A stretch of DNA of 64,000 nt from Eledone cirrhosa (lineage: Eukaryota): assembly GCA_964016885.1 (NCBI GenBank), contig OZ024752.1, positions 15,438,001-15,502,000 on the forward strand, read 5' to 3'. A model generated the notes under the pieces. The model was not told the origin of the DNA, did not search any database, and saw nothing but the letters and a program-made list of their open reading frames with translations. This document shows, piece by piece, positions 40,813 through 55,433 of this stretch. A program made the position numbers and the translations under genes. The number at the start of each line of letters is the position of its first letter. Within the stretch, counting starts at the first letter, position 1.

Positions 40813-42138
40813 GAAAAACATGGGAAGAAAGAGGAACACTGCGTGGTTGCACATGGGTGACATATTATAAAATTAGTCCCTCATCAGTGATTTGCCAACC
40901 ATCATTGGTATTTCATCGCATTAAATATATATATATATATATCTACACGTGTGGGGGCTGTAAAATGTGAACAGAAGCAACAAAGCAAACGACACAGTAC
41001 ATTGGAGAAATATATTAGTTTAACGCTTGGAATAGCGGAAAAAGAATCCTAGAGTATCGGACATTAGTCGTTCATCAGAGGATAGTTAGAAATAGAAGAT
41101 AAAATAGAAAGTTATGGAGTGAGAAGAAGAAGGAAAGGGAAAAATTAGAAAAAAATGTATGTGTGTGACTGAGTGAGAGAGTGTGTGCATGTGTGAGTAC
41201 GTTGGTAGGCGCGTGTAGCGTAATACTATCCCGTGTATGGGAATCATATATATTTACATTATTATCATACTAGGGTGATGAATTGGCAGTATCGGTAGAG
41301 GGTGGGACACTATGCTTTGACGCATAGAGTTACGGCCCTTGCCTTTCTGAGTTCAAATCCCGCCGAGGTTAACTTTGCCTTTCATCCTTACGGGGTCGAT
41401 AAAATAAAGTACCAGTAATGTACTAGTTAATTGCTGGCCTTGTGCCTAAAGTAGAAGCAATTATTATCATACAACACAAGGTTGCTTTTGGGTCCTCTCG
41501 ATTTCTCGCAGTAAAACAATACTTAATATCAAAGAACATCGTTTGTTTTACTTAGTAATAAGTAAGAGAGAATAGCTCGGAAGAAATTTCTAGTTTTATA
41601 CAAGTTCGGTTATGTGTATATTCTGTGAAGTAAACCAGGGAGAGGAAGGTGATTCTTCAATACGAGTTGTTTTCTTCTTTTTAACATTTTATGAATGTAG
41701 TGGCTGCGTCCATTGTTTTTGGCACAACAGCTTGATGAAAACAGAGATAATGTTTTCTATCTTGTCAGATCTCCCTATCGGATTCTATTCAAGTAACTTC
41801 ACATGGCTCCGGTGGCTGATTACACATAGAAAAGTTGTTAGCAATCATATGCGGAACATATATATCATCAAAATACAGAGGCTAAACCGCGTGTGTCCCT
41901 GTGCGCGTTTGTATATTTGTGCGTTTGTGAGTGTTTGTAAGAACAAGGAATAAACAACACAAGGCAATGGCGGTATATTTAATGCTTGCTATATTTGTAC
42001 GAAAATCTTAATATTTCGGACGTTATTCCTTTATCAGAAGGGAGAATAAAAGAGAGAAAATCAAGTCATCTAAGGAGATATACAATCAAAATGGAATATA
42101 GACGTGACTAAACAAATATAAAGGAACATTTATGCATA

Positions 42139-42213
42139 CAAGGTGTCCCAAAAATGTATACACATATTTATGAAGATGCTGTTGAAATGTATATACATTT
42201 TTGGGACACCTTG
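42139..42213. mobile_element. 75-bp Tc1/mariner-type MITE
   Basis: TA|CAAGGTGTCCCAAAAATGTATA ... TATACATTTTTGGGACACCTTG|TA, i.e. a perfect 22-bp TIR and a TA target duplication. Confidence 0.8.
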
Positions 42214-42805
42214 TATATAAATATAGTCTGACATTCTAACCTTGATATCATTTCAAAGTAGAAATCACATCAGAAGTGTGCAGATCTCCAGAGATTTACA
42301 ATGTTTATATATTTCCTGTTGATCTAAGTATACAGAAATATTATTTAATGCATAAAATGTCAGCGGAACTCCTACATCAGAGAGTTAATCTATCTCTCTA
42401 TCTCTCTGTCACTCTGTCTATCACTCTAAATATGTATCTATATATCTATCTATCTGTCTATCCATCTGTCTCTCTCTCTCTATATATCTATATATTGCTC
42501 GCTATATATATATAATAACGAATTCGAAGACATGATGTTTAAGTTTAATTACATTTGGTTTACAACGTAATCACTGTTATACGTGTTCCGATGGCATATG
42601 TTATGTAATATTCAGAAACGATCTGATCATGCGATTCTTTCTTTGCATAAACATTTGTGATGTAAAACCCTATCCGACACACCACTTGGTGGGCTTAGGT
42701 GTTGTCTCCTTACCACTCAGCTAGCATATATACATAGATCTTTACTTACATATAAATATATATCTATGAGTGTGTGTATCTATGCTAATATATATATATG
42801 TACAT

Positions 42806-42859
<54 letters not shown>

Positions 42860-43221
42860 TTTCGTATATATATATATATATATATATAAAGACTATATAA
42901 AGACTATATATATAAAGACTATATATATAAGACTCCAGTTGCATTTTCGATTTCATCTTTTTTTCTTTACACTTTCACTCGTGTAAGACACCTCGGTTAT
43001 TTTTCATTTTGTAAAAAAAACCTCATTTTCTAATATACATATATATATATATTTATATAGATATATATATTTATATATATATATAGATATATATTTATTT
43101 ATATATATTTATATATATAGTTATATATATATTTATATATATATATATATATTTATATATATTTATATATATATTTATATATATATTTATATATATTTAT
43201 ATATATATTTATATATATATA

Positions 43222-43265
<44 letters not shown>

Positions 43266-43287
43266 TATACATATATATATATATATT

Positions 43288-43320
<33 letters not shown>

Positions 43321-43391
43321 ATTTATATATATATTTATATATATAAATATATATATATATATTTATATATATATATATTTATATATATATT

Positions 43392-43464
<73 letters not shown>

Positions 43465-43570
43465 CTATATATATTTATATATATATATATTTATATATAT
43501 ATATATATATATCGAATCGGTAGTTATTTAAGCAAGCGGCAGAGGAACATTATTATATATAACTATATAG

Positions 43571-43657
<87 letters not shown>

Positions 43658-44314
43658 CGCGAAGATATGTATCCCTGTTTCTTTCAATCACATGTTGAAA
43701 GTGAAGTCTTCTTTCCCCGTGTAGTTAATACGACGAATTACTGCCTTTGAAGTTACAGATGATTAATCATTTTGAATCAGCTTATTTAGCTGAATGAAAT
43801 ACATCCGTACATGACGTGTATATACATGGTATGCGGTTAATGCATTATTTCACAGTCAATAATGAATCTGATTGTTAATGGCCGGAAAGAGTTTCTAAAA
43901 TTCTATCCGGCTAAAGCGTAATGTATTTTAATATTTTTGCTTGCATTGCTACAGAGAAATATCTCTAGATTTCCCTATATCTAATTGAAGACTCGTCATC
44001 GATAACATATTGTAGGGTCTGTGTATTACCCTCTGTATTCTTTCTCGTAATCCTGATATCTGTTCGTCACTGAGAACGTACTAAAATGGAGATTATTCAA
44101 ATATGATGCATTCTACTTCATTCTCTGTACACAGAGCTTCATAATGACTAATTTATATCCTTGTGTGTTATCTGTAATTCATAAATGATTCTCTGTAACT
44201 GTTGCTTGCAAAGGAGATATTACTGTATTCGCTATGTAACCTACATATTCGCTAGAACTTCTGACCAATAAAAAGTTCTTTATTAATAACTACATCTTTT
44301 TTTAAGCAAAGTAA

Positions 44315-44400
<86 letters not shown>

Positions 44401-45424
44401 ATAGATTTTCTAACCAATAAAAATACTATTTTATTAACAGAAAAACATTTTTATTAATGCAAATCAAAGGCATCTGTTGAACATACGTCTCTGTTGGTAA
44501 ATTCTGCATATAAAATAATATTTCGCCATCTTCTTCCTCGTTCCTGTTTGAAAGACTAATTAAATAATATATCTAGACAGAATAGTTCAAATGTATTTCT
44601 ATTTGGTAAATTTTTTTGTTCGAATTTGTCCATTAATCCAAAAATACGATGCCTTTCATACTTTCTGAATATGATCAGACTTCAGTTTTACAAATCATTT
44701 CACTATTTGCATTCAATATATTGCATTACCGTGAAAATAATTGGGTATACTTTAGTTTAGACAAATACAATAAACACAATTGTTTTTTATTATTATTTTA
44801 TTCGATCTGTGGTAGCGTTGTTGAAATATTTACAAGTAATTTTACGCAAATTGAAATCTAATGTTTCATACATAAAAAAATGTTAGTAGATTTGTGCGTT
44901 AAGAAACCACCCGTAATTTATATATTAAAATCCATCTCTTGACAAGAGCTCTTCAATGTGTTTCTCCTTGGCTGAAGCTGTAATAGAATACATGAATAAT
45001 TAATGTAAATATTGTAAAAATGCTAATGTATTAAATATGAGAATATTATTGAAAAACTGATATCGCCATTGGAAATTATGGTATTGTTGAGGATTAATAT
45101 GTATGCCATTTATTTTGAATTCATAACTCTTGTCTCAGATATTATTTCAATACTGTTCATCACATGACGGTTTAAGGTCTAATAACGGTTTCTGATCACC
45201 AATCACACACATACTAACATAGAAACATACATGCATGTACACATCCACCGATATAGGCAAACCCCGAAACACATATTTTGAACTGATGGGCGTATTCACA
45301 GGATACATGCACCACCCAAGCACTCACACACACATATATATATATATAGCAGGAGGTTTAGTAGATTCGTGGTTTACTGAGGCGGGTACCAAATTCAGCA
45401 CGCTTTGCTAAGTCAGTTTGTATA

Positions 45425-45716
45425 TATGGAAAACAAAACGAGGTTTCACATTAAGGTCTTTATAGATTATACAGAGGTCCGATCGTTTCACACATGGAAG
45501 GCTCAGGTTCTATGTAATTGCTATAGACCGGACTCTACCCCGATCTGTTCATCAAACTTATTAACCAAGCAAAGCCAAAAACTCCTTTGCATTATTAACA
45601 GGTCTGATGAGAAGATTGGGCTGGAGACAGGTCTGTAGTAGTTATATCTATGAAACGTTCGTAAATATGTATAATCAATAAATACCTTAATGTGAAAATT
45701 CCCCTTGGTTTCAATA
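45425..45716. mobile_element. Old, diverged fold-back element with HHR-like halves (family J); relative at ~20960-21100
   Basis: Plus arm CTGATGA...GAAACGTTC at 45604-45660. The minus arm reads TTGATGA...GAAACGATC. Shared end AAACGAGGTTTCACAT. Confidence 0.5.
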
Positions 45717-46117
45717 TATATATTTCGCCAAATTCACCCAACTTTCAGCGAATTTACAAGGGTGCAGTACATCTCTCTCCACTCTCAACTTCCTCCTGAA
45801 GTGGTATTTAAGGAACGGGATGAGTTGTTGTCCGGAGATAGATATCTAGATAGCTAGATAGGTTTAGATAGAGTTAGATAAATAGATCTTATTTACACCC
45901 TGCACACTATAGCCATAGCACTAGAATACATCACAAACGAAACAGACCTCATAAGAACAACGAGTGCTTCAAACGGCGCACCGGCTCTAACTGTTGTAAC
46001 ACACGTGTATATATATATGTGTGTGTGTGTGTGTATATATGTGCTTGTGTGTGTATATATGTATATGTGCGTGTGTGTATATATATGTGTGTGTGTGTCT
46101 ATACGTGTGTGTGCGTG

Positions 46118-46150
<33 letters not shown>

Positions 46151-46251
46151 GCGCGTGTGTGTGTGTATATATATATATATACTGCTGTCTGCCGGCGAAA
46201 CAATTGTAACAATAAACTGAGTCCAGATGCATCGCTGATTTTTCGTTTTAT

Positions 46252-46281
<30 letters not shown>

Positions 46282-46287
<6 letters not shown>

Positions 46288-46652
46288 ATATTAATAAATG
46301 GAAACTATATTTATAAAACCATAATTATTTTATATATATATTTCAATATATATATATATTTCAAGGGCAACCAAGGCAAATTATGGTGCGCTTTCATCAG
46401 ATAAAATACAGATTTGTTTTGTAAATAAATATTCACATACTCGGAAAAGACAACCTTAACGGTTGAAGTTCCCTGGATAGTGGAGATAATATTTTATTGA
46501 GGGTGATACAAAGTTATGAGTGAGTATGCAAATGAGTGTCAGAAAAATTGAAAAAACAACGGTTTATTTAAATTTAGCTTATAAAACAAATCTGTATTTT
46601 ATCTGAATAAAATAATTATGGTTTTATAAATATAGTTTCCATTTATTAATAT

Positions 46653-46697
<45 letters not shown>

Positions 46698-46714
46698 TAT
46701 ATATAATATATATA

Positions 46715-46798
<84 letters not shown>

Positions 46799-46894
46799 AA
46801 TATATTGAATATTTATTCCACTAAATTGTTGAGTGCTTTATTCAGTTATGAAATGTTTAAGCTTGTTGAATCCCAACAAATTAAATATAACCTC

Positions 46895-46897
<3 letters not shown>
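46282..46897. mobile_element. Family A divergent fold-back copy plus detached 3' extension
   Basis: Arms ~46282-46480 and ~46560-46657. Segment 46795-46897 is the reverse complement of the family A extension, separated by (TA)n. Confidence 0.7.
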
Positions 46898-46955
<58 letters not shown>

Positions 46956-49224
46956 CTTTGACAATCCGTAGTAAAGTTGTGGAGAGCAGTAATTAGAAAT
47001 GCTCTCTTTACACACACAGCCAGGAACATTTATTTACATATAAAATCTTAGATTTCAATTTGTGTACAATTTCTTGTAAATCATTCAGCAACGTTGAAGT
47101 GGATTGAATGAAAACAACTGTCATTATATTCATTTCATTTCCCTAAACTTCAATTATTTATACCGTAATATGATACATTAAATGCAAACCATGAAATATC
47201 ACGATAGACTGATATATTTGAATATGTTTACAATCAAAAGTATATCTTTTTCCTGGCTAAATGTATAAATGCAACGAATAATTTGCTTAGACGATGTTAA
47301 TATTAAAACTCTGTCAAAGAATGTTAATATGTTAGCATGGACGTATGTCAAAGACGTGCGTTTCACAATCACCAGATCTCATACTCCATATTTCTACACA
47401 GATTTTTTGTGATTTTAACCACTAGCCCCATCTTCACGTAAGTTATATGAGTAAATAACTGTTTCTATTTTTGGCACAAGGCCAGCAAATCACCAGTGCA
47501 TTACTGGTACTTTATTTTATCGACCCCGTAAGGAAGAAAGGCAAGGATTTGAACTCAGAATGGCAAGGGCCGTAACTCAATGCGTCAAAGCATAGCGTCC
47601 GACCCTCTACCGATACTGCCAATCCACCGCCCATGAGTAAATAATATTTGGTAAACAGAAACTATTTGTAAGCCCGACGGTTGAACTGTACCAGTATTTA
47701 CCCAAAAAAGAACCCCCGAAACTGTTCACCCATCTACTTTGAATCGATTGTCTGCGGAATACTTTATTAAGTTCATGAGAAGATGTTTGCTGTTGTTACT
47801 GCAACCGGAACATTCATTGCCGCATTTGATGAAGGTCCATTCCATTTTATCTCATAGAAATATTTAGATAAACAACAACAATTAAACAACAACAATTTTC
47901 TCTAACGAAATCGAGCGGTGGAGAAAATAAATATCGATTTGCCTGCAATATTTACAAATTATATTAAAACAATCGAGAAATATATTTAAATGAATAACAA
48001 CAATATCCAGATTGCAATTAATAAAGTAGGAATATTGATTTTTGTTTAGATATTCTAGCGATTATATGCAGGTTTCTGTGAAAATGCCTCACTCAGTGAT
48101 TAGGGAGTTCACCTCTCGATCGTAGGGTCATAATTTCGATTCTAGGCAGACAATTTATTTTACGTTTCTCCAGTTTATTCAACAGGCAAAAATGAGTTGT
48201 ACATTTTATACAATAGTTCAAACTTTTCGCAAGCTGTGTCAAAATCAATCTCTCTGAGAACTAGATTAAGAGTACACACGACTGTAGAATGCTCAGCCAC
48301 TTGCACATTCATTTCATGACAGGTTGTTCTGTTGACTGTAAAATTGGAGCAATCATTGCCGAGAACGATTCCGGTATAAAGATTACAGCCTTATTCGTGA
48401 TATTACTAATATCTCAATTCCGAATAACATTTCAAAGAATTGTATATAATGGATAAAGGAAATTTTATCAAACTTTAGCGCTTGGCCAGCAACTTTGTGA
48501 GGAAAGGAAAGTGGATTATATCGATGCCAGTACTTAATTGGTTCTATATTTGGTTGAATCCGGAATGATGAAATGTGAATTACACCTCGGAGTTATTTGA
48601 ATTCAGAAGGTAAAGAACCAGAACAAACCCAACAAAGCAGTTTCTCCAATTAGAGACATTGATATCCGTTAGATATTGTGTACATTTCTATAAAGCGATA
48701 GGTTTGTGGTTTGGGTATTCACTTCACGATCTTAAGGTCATGAGTTCGATTCCCGGTGGCGCGATGTGTCCTTGAACAAGACACTCTATTTCGCGTTGCT
48801 CCAGTTCACACTGCTGCCAAACATTAGTTGAACCTGTAATTCGAAGGGCCAGCTTTGTCACAACTTGTGTCACGCCGAATCTCCCCGAGAACTACGTTAA
48901 GGATACACGTGTTTGTGGAATGCGCAGCCGCATGCACTTTAATATCAGGCTGTTCCGTTGATCGGATCAATTGAAACAATCATCGTCGGAAACGACAAAA
49001 TATCTAAATTATGAGAATTACAAACTGGTCATATTTGCAGCCTTGAATATATGATATCAATTACATTAGTTCAATTACGTAGATAGAAATTTCTCAGTAT
49101 GTATCGGCAAACGCGAATGAAAACATGCTGAAAAGGAAATATGTATATCCTACGAGCCGGAATATCGATTTTCAAAATATCTTTGAAATCATTAAGAATC
49201 ACATACACTATTTCTTGTTAGTGG

Positions 49225-49314
<90 letters not shown>

Positions 49315-49490
49315 ATACAATAACAGAGATAGTTTAAAGCTAATCTCCGACTGGTAACCATCTCACTCAACAAACATTAGGTTATATTTTAATATAAACC
49401 CAATTTAAGTGTTTGGGGTGCTAACAATATGTATTATGTGGAAAAGCCAGTTGTATTATTTTACGAGAAATAATATATATACCTATATAT

Positions 49491-49936
49491 ATTAATAAGA
49501 GGAATTCCAACTTTGTCTGATTTACTCGTTTTATTTACAATCCTTTAAAATTTATAATGGTATTATAATGAAATAGTATGATAGAATATTAAATTCTAAG
49601 TTTTAATTGAACAAGTACTTTCATGCTTTCGCAATCTTCAGGTTCATAATATGTTGTGACAGTCGAGTTTGCAATTTTCAACTGTGAAAATTGCAAACAG
49701 TTGAAAATTGCAAACTCGACTGTCACCACATATTATGAACCTGAAGATTGCGAAAGCATGAAAGTACTTGTTCAATTAACACTTAGAATTTAATATTCTA
49801 TCATACTATTTCATTATAATACCATTATATATTTTAAAGGATTGTAAATAAAACGAGTAAATCAGACAAAGTTGGAATTCCTCTTATTAATATAATCTTC
49901 TATACACAATCATACACACCCGTGTATATTTACCGA

Positions 49937-49938
<2 letters not shown>
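49491..49938. mobile_element. Fold-back mini-element family C: two head-to-head copies of the Neptune pLTR
   Basis: Arms 49491-49686 and 49697-49893 are near-identical to 29341-29540. HHRs lie at 49736-49774(+) and ~49608-49646(-). The right arm has a ~45-bp extension. Confidence 0.92.
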
Positions 49939-50003
<65 letters not shown>

Positions 50004-50962
50004 TTCAGAAGTAACCAATCTTAAAGAGAGAGATGGAGATAGTGGAGGAGATATGAGAGGAGAGATTGGTGAGTTAGTTAGAAGCCAAAGCGTAAAGGCA
50101 TGTGCTCAATGTGCAATATGCAGTAGAAAGCAGCTAGGTGGCTGGGTGCATGCAGAAGTTAGGTGCGCAGAGCTGGAAATATTATTAGTTAAGCAAAACA
50201 ACACCTCAAACTTCACAAGGAAGACATTATTAAAAGATTGTCAACATATTTTAGTTTGATGTAAGGAATGTAGAGAATAATAATAATAATATTAATAATA
50301 ATAATGTCCGTTTACAATTGTTTCGCTACTCCATATAATATTTCTGGATCAGATCACTATATATCATAATTGATCTGGTTCAGTTGAAAATAATTAACAT
50401 ATTTAAAAAAACAGAGTGGCTCATCGGAGCTGAAAGGAATATAAATTAAAGTAATGCTACATAATATACTGTTCTATATATTGGTTTTTACTATGGTGTC
50501 TTGGTTGCATCAGCTGTCAGCCATAATCAAGCAGTATTCATCTCTCGAGGCTGCATTATGTGAGATCATATATATATATATATATACTAATAATAAAAAA
50601 GGACGAACTGTTGTGTCTTCATTAGGTTATTGAAGCGTGATGCACGTTTCGCGATTGATCTGCTCAAGATTTGATCTGTTTCGGTCTGGCCTGACACTGG
50701 AAACACATGGTCATCGGACTTCTGTTATGGTAATGATAGAATGAACCTCTTAGGACTTTGAAACAGTATATAACGAGTCACATTCATCAGTTTTATATAT
50801 AATCTGCAGTACAAATTTGGTGAAATATCCAAGAATAGGAGCACTCAATCTATAAACGAGTTAAGTATATTGTTTATATAATATGCTGAATAAATTGGGG
50901 CTAATAACCCAACAAATCTTAAGTAACTGGATGTGTAACTGTTGTTGCTAATTATATATAGA

Positions 50963-51695
50963 CTAGCAGAATAGCCAGGCGTTGCTCGGGATTCTAAACA
51001 TATATTGGCATGTTTATCCCTCCTTTCTGAAAACAGTACAGAGAAGTTCGGAATACCTCGGCCTGGGATGGTGTCTAGATTTTGTGCCTATAAAAAAAAT
51101 TCGTCGTAGATTACCAGGGGTTTAACTTAATTGGGTGCCTAAGAATAATATGTTCAACGCACGAAAGCCAAGGCGATCGGGTTAAGTAAAAAGGCATTCG
51201 AAAAACCGAACGTGTATTTGTTGTCCTATGGTACAATGAAATCAATAGTTACAGAGCAGTAAGCATGTGGGACTGCAGTGGTGGAGAGCATGAAGGAATT
51301 TAATTGGAGATTTTTAAGGTTACAAAAATCTATCCAATCTGATATAGACCGAACTTTTATATCACATGCTATTGGGGTCACCATCAACAATTGCAAAGGA
51401 TGTACGTTTAAGTAGGAATAATATAGTCTATTAAGAGAGGTAACTCTTTCAAAATAATAAAAAGTTGTCTCTCTTGAACATTGTAGACAAAATTGCCGAA
51501 CTAACTGACAAAAAGGGCTTACAGTTTTAGTGAAAGAACCGCCTTACCAACATAAAATTGAAAAATAAAAGCTGCTATCTTTAGACCGCAAGGAATATAT
51601 AAATGCAAGTATGAAGTCAATCGGAGTAAAAATGTGGATTTGTATAGAGTTTCCAATATTAGGGCACACACACACGGACAACTTCAGTTTTATAA

Positions 51696-51700
<5 letters not shown>
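50963..51700 (-). mobile_element. Non-autonomous Helitron-like element
   Basis: The minus-strand 3' end reads CCCGAGCAACGCCTGGCTATTCTGCTAG|T (hairpin + CTAG). The other end reads ACACGGACAAC..TTTTATAAATAT. Confidence 0.6.
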
Positions 51701-51736
<36 letters not shown>

Positions 51737-51893
51737 TGTGTGTGTGTGTTTTTAAGAGTTGCAGGCAGTTAATATTTAAAATACATAAGGATAATAACTT
51801 CATAAACAATATGTTAATTAAAACGCAATTTCGCATGTACGGGTTTACACTTTATTATCCTCACAACGACGATTTAATCTCTCTCTCTCTCTG

Positions 51894-51962
<69 letters not shown>

Positions 51963-52305
51963 AAGACCAATACAATGCCTATGGAGAATGTTAAATTGCC
52001 AAGATAGCAAAAGAATCTTACCTTAGCAAATTCTACGATCCCAAATATTTTCGGGTTTAAAAACCCATTATCAAGGTAAGTCTCTCGTAGAGTAACACTA
52101 CGAGAGGCTTAAACATCGATTGGGTTAACTTGCTTGTATGGAAGAAGATATAACTTAAATTAAATGAAAAGACGTTAACATTTCGAACGTACGCGTTGTG
52201 AGATATATGCTCTATGTGTGATATATGCATGTGTGTGAGTGAATGTGTGTATGCGTGTGCATCGATATTAGTTTATGTAGTGAAAGAAGTGTGCGAATAT
52301 GTATA

Positions 52306-52753
52306 CTAGACCTGAAAAATGCGCATGCTCAAAAGAGCCACATAATGTTATAATAACCCTTCAAAAGTGTGGGTGGGACTAGAGTTGTTGCTAAAAAATA
52401 TTGTAATCATTATCTATCGTACACTCTGTGGCATCCTTTTATAAAAAAGAGACTCATAACGAACTCAAGACGACACGATAATTGTTTAAGCTAGTGTTCA
52501 GTACCTCATATTAGATGTTTAGTAATGATTAATACGAAATGCACTTAAAACGATTTCTATATTATAAATTCACTTAGTTAATTATCAGGTCGTCTTGAGT
52601 TCGTTATGAGTCTCTATTTTATAAAAAGATGCCACAGAGTGTACGATAGATAATGATTACAATATGTTTGAGCAACAACTCTAGTCCCACACTTTTGAAG
52701 CTTTATTATAACATTCTGAGGCTCTTTTGAGCTTGCGCATTTTTCAGGTTTAG
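52306..52753. repeat. Inverted-repeat element (~175-bp arms, ~100-bp spacer)
   Basis: TAGACCTGAAAAATGCGCA...GACGAC / GTCGTC...TGCGCATTTTTCAGGTTTA. Confidence 0.8.
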
Positions 52754-53574
52754 TTTAATATCTTTTTAAGCAACGCTTGTAATAACTCTAGTTAAACATG
52801 ATATATATTAATAATAAATTATTGTTGTAATGTAATTAGATTATATAATTGTTATTTTATAAATGATCTTATAAATATTATTGTAAGATGTATAAAAATA
52901 TTTTCAGACTTTTAATATAAACAACTACAAAAAACAATCAATATTAAATAAATATATTTTACATAATAATTGTTATAGTTGAATTAATAAAAATGAAATA
53001 TTACATACAAATAATCTAACATAATAATAAAAAAAAATCTAACATAACAATAATAAAATACTCTAACATAAAACGAACAATAATATGGACAAATATACAA
53101 GTAAATATGATACAACCAATATTATAAGCATGGTATAACGAACTGAAAAAAAAAATAGTTAATATAAATTAAAAAATCATGTATAAATTAAAAATATAAT
53201 TTTCCAAAACGAGAAAAATATTTTGATGATAAAACGACGAAATACAGGAGGAAGTTTCGAAAGCGAAACGATAAATAAACGTGCAAACAAAGTGGCGGAT
53301 GCTTTTGAACAACAATTACTCTCATTGGTTGATTAGCTAATAAGACGTTGAAATTAGCCAATAAGACAATACATTACAAAACATGTTTGAGAGGGATCAC
53401 CGCGGCCAGCGAAACCCCTTGAATATTTTATCCACAAGCTACGCATATATGTCATCACAGAACACGCAGACTTAAAAATTCTGTTGTTGGTCACTGCGTG
53501 TCTAACAGATAATCAAACGGGAAAAATATGTATGTGTGTGTGAGTCTAAGTGTGTTTGTCTAGTGAGGGCATAG

Positions 53575-54395
53575 ATTTAATTTGAAAGAAAGAAATAGTA
53601 AACTGGCCGTTATGATGCTGGTATCCAGGCTTTTAAATTAGACATTCTGGTGCATTACTTTCCATTCGATTATTGATCCTAGGTTTTAATTGCTTGATTA
53701 AGAGGGCTTCCTTAATTCTCAGCGTGCCTATACTGCATTCGGTAGCTAGGATTGTGGTGGTAATGTTGTCCCGGTTACCACATTTGATGATGTGTTTGCG
53801 GAAGGAAGAGGAGTTGGTGTAAACATGCTCTTTAATACGGTCGAATAATGCTGCATATGTAAAATAGATTGCATTTGTTACATTCTAGCCTGTATTCTAC
53901 GTAGGTACATAGGCAACAATTAGTGTTGCGGATAGAGCAATTGGCTAGGGTGCATTCATCCGTTATCCTCGTTGGGAGGGGGGTGTCTTGTTGAGAGGCA
54001 TCTTCATAGGGAAGGGCTAGAGTGAGCTAGTTTGATATTGAGGCCCTCTCTTCTGATGGTTTTACATATGTGTTCGTCCGGTGTCTGGGTCTGGGGTTTC
54101 GTCGTGGGGTGTAGAAGGAAGCTGAGTCGCCGTTAATCCCTATTACGTTGTGGAATCGTCTGATATGGATGGCTCTAGTATCAGCGTCTCTGCATCGGTT
54201 GCGTATGCCAGAATTTCGTTGAAGATGTACCCACTTTTAGAGCTGTTGGGGAGGGCAGATTTGTACTGAACAAACAGATCTCTGCTGGCTGCTTTGCGGA
54301 AGAAATCGGTGTGGATTTCCCCGCTATCAGAGATGTTCAGTCTTAAATCAAGTAGTGCGAGGGAGCCGGAGTCGGTAGAATGTTCGATGGTGAAC
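53575..54395 (-). mobile_element. Second decayed Naiad-like PLE fragment (RT thumb + GIY-YIG)
   Basis: Minus strand reads FTIEHSTDSGSLALLDL..FFRKAASRDLFVQYKSALPNSSKSGY and CTLANCSIRNTNCCL..YRLECNKCNLFYI, paralogous to the 22-kb element. Its 5' end abuts (TA)n. Confidence 0.85.
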
Positions 54396-55048
54396 TATAT
54401 ATATATATATGTATATATAAGTATATAGATATACATTATATATGTTTATATAACGTATATCTATATTATATTTACATTAAATCTTCAAACATATGCAAAT
54501 TAAAGCGATCATTTCAGCTGTATTTTGCATCCTCATACTTCGGATTTATATCTACATTACCTTGAAACCCTCTAATATACACTGTGTACTAATGTAAATA
54601 TTTATTATTTAATTATCCCCGCTCCGAAATATATGCGCATTAAGCAAATTAGACTAAACATTTCATCTATATTCTACATCTTGGTTTACGCATATTGCGT
54701 TGTGGTAGAAAACGTCTTATATTGACAAGCTCATATTACAGCTAACCTATCATAAGGAGACATAAATCTTGGATATAAAAGATAATCTCTTGGGGATTTT
54801 CATTTTTCTGAACATAAGTGAAAACGTCGTTGTCGTCTCACTGAAGGCTTCAAATTTAATAATTGTTGTAATGTAAAATTATTTTTATATTTGGATTCCT
54901 CTGTACTTTGTTCTAAAAGTAATATTCATTATGGATTTAAATAATTGTTTGTTTCTGTAATTTAAGCAGTTTCGATCTTATTGACGTAATACATAAAGGG
55001 GTGGTGTCTCTGTTTTCTCGATTGCGTTTGGTTTACATTATTTACAGG

Positions 55049-55433
55049 AACGGTGGATTGGCAGTATCGGTAGAGGGTCAGACACCATGCTTTCCAGCAT
55101 AATTACGTCCCTTTACGATCTGAGTTCAAATCCCGCCGAGGTTGACTTTGCCTTTCATCCTTACGGGGTCGATAAAATAAAGTACCAGTAATGCACTGGT
55201 TAATTGCTGGCCTTGTGCCTAAAGTAGGAACAATTATTTACAGGATGGTGGATTGGCAGTATCGGTAGAGGGTCGGACGCCATGCTTTGAAGTATAGAGT
55301 TACGGCCCTTGGCATTCTGAGTTCAAATACCGCCGAGGTTAACTTTGCCTTTCATCCTTACCGGGTCGATAAAATAAAGTACCAGTAATGCACTGGGTTT
55401 AATTTCTGGCCTTGTGCAAAACGTAGAAACAAT
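55049..55433 (+). mobile_element. Two tandem SINE family 1 copies of different subtypes
   Basis: Separated and flanked by repeated TTATTTACAGGA. Confidence 0.9.

Noticed and set aside
47725-47850. Possible host exon on the minus strand (DKMEWTFIKCGNECSGC...)
   Set aside because: It is short, has a weak acceptor and no recognisable homology, so it cannot be supported without RNA data.
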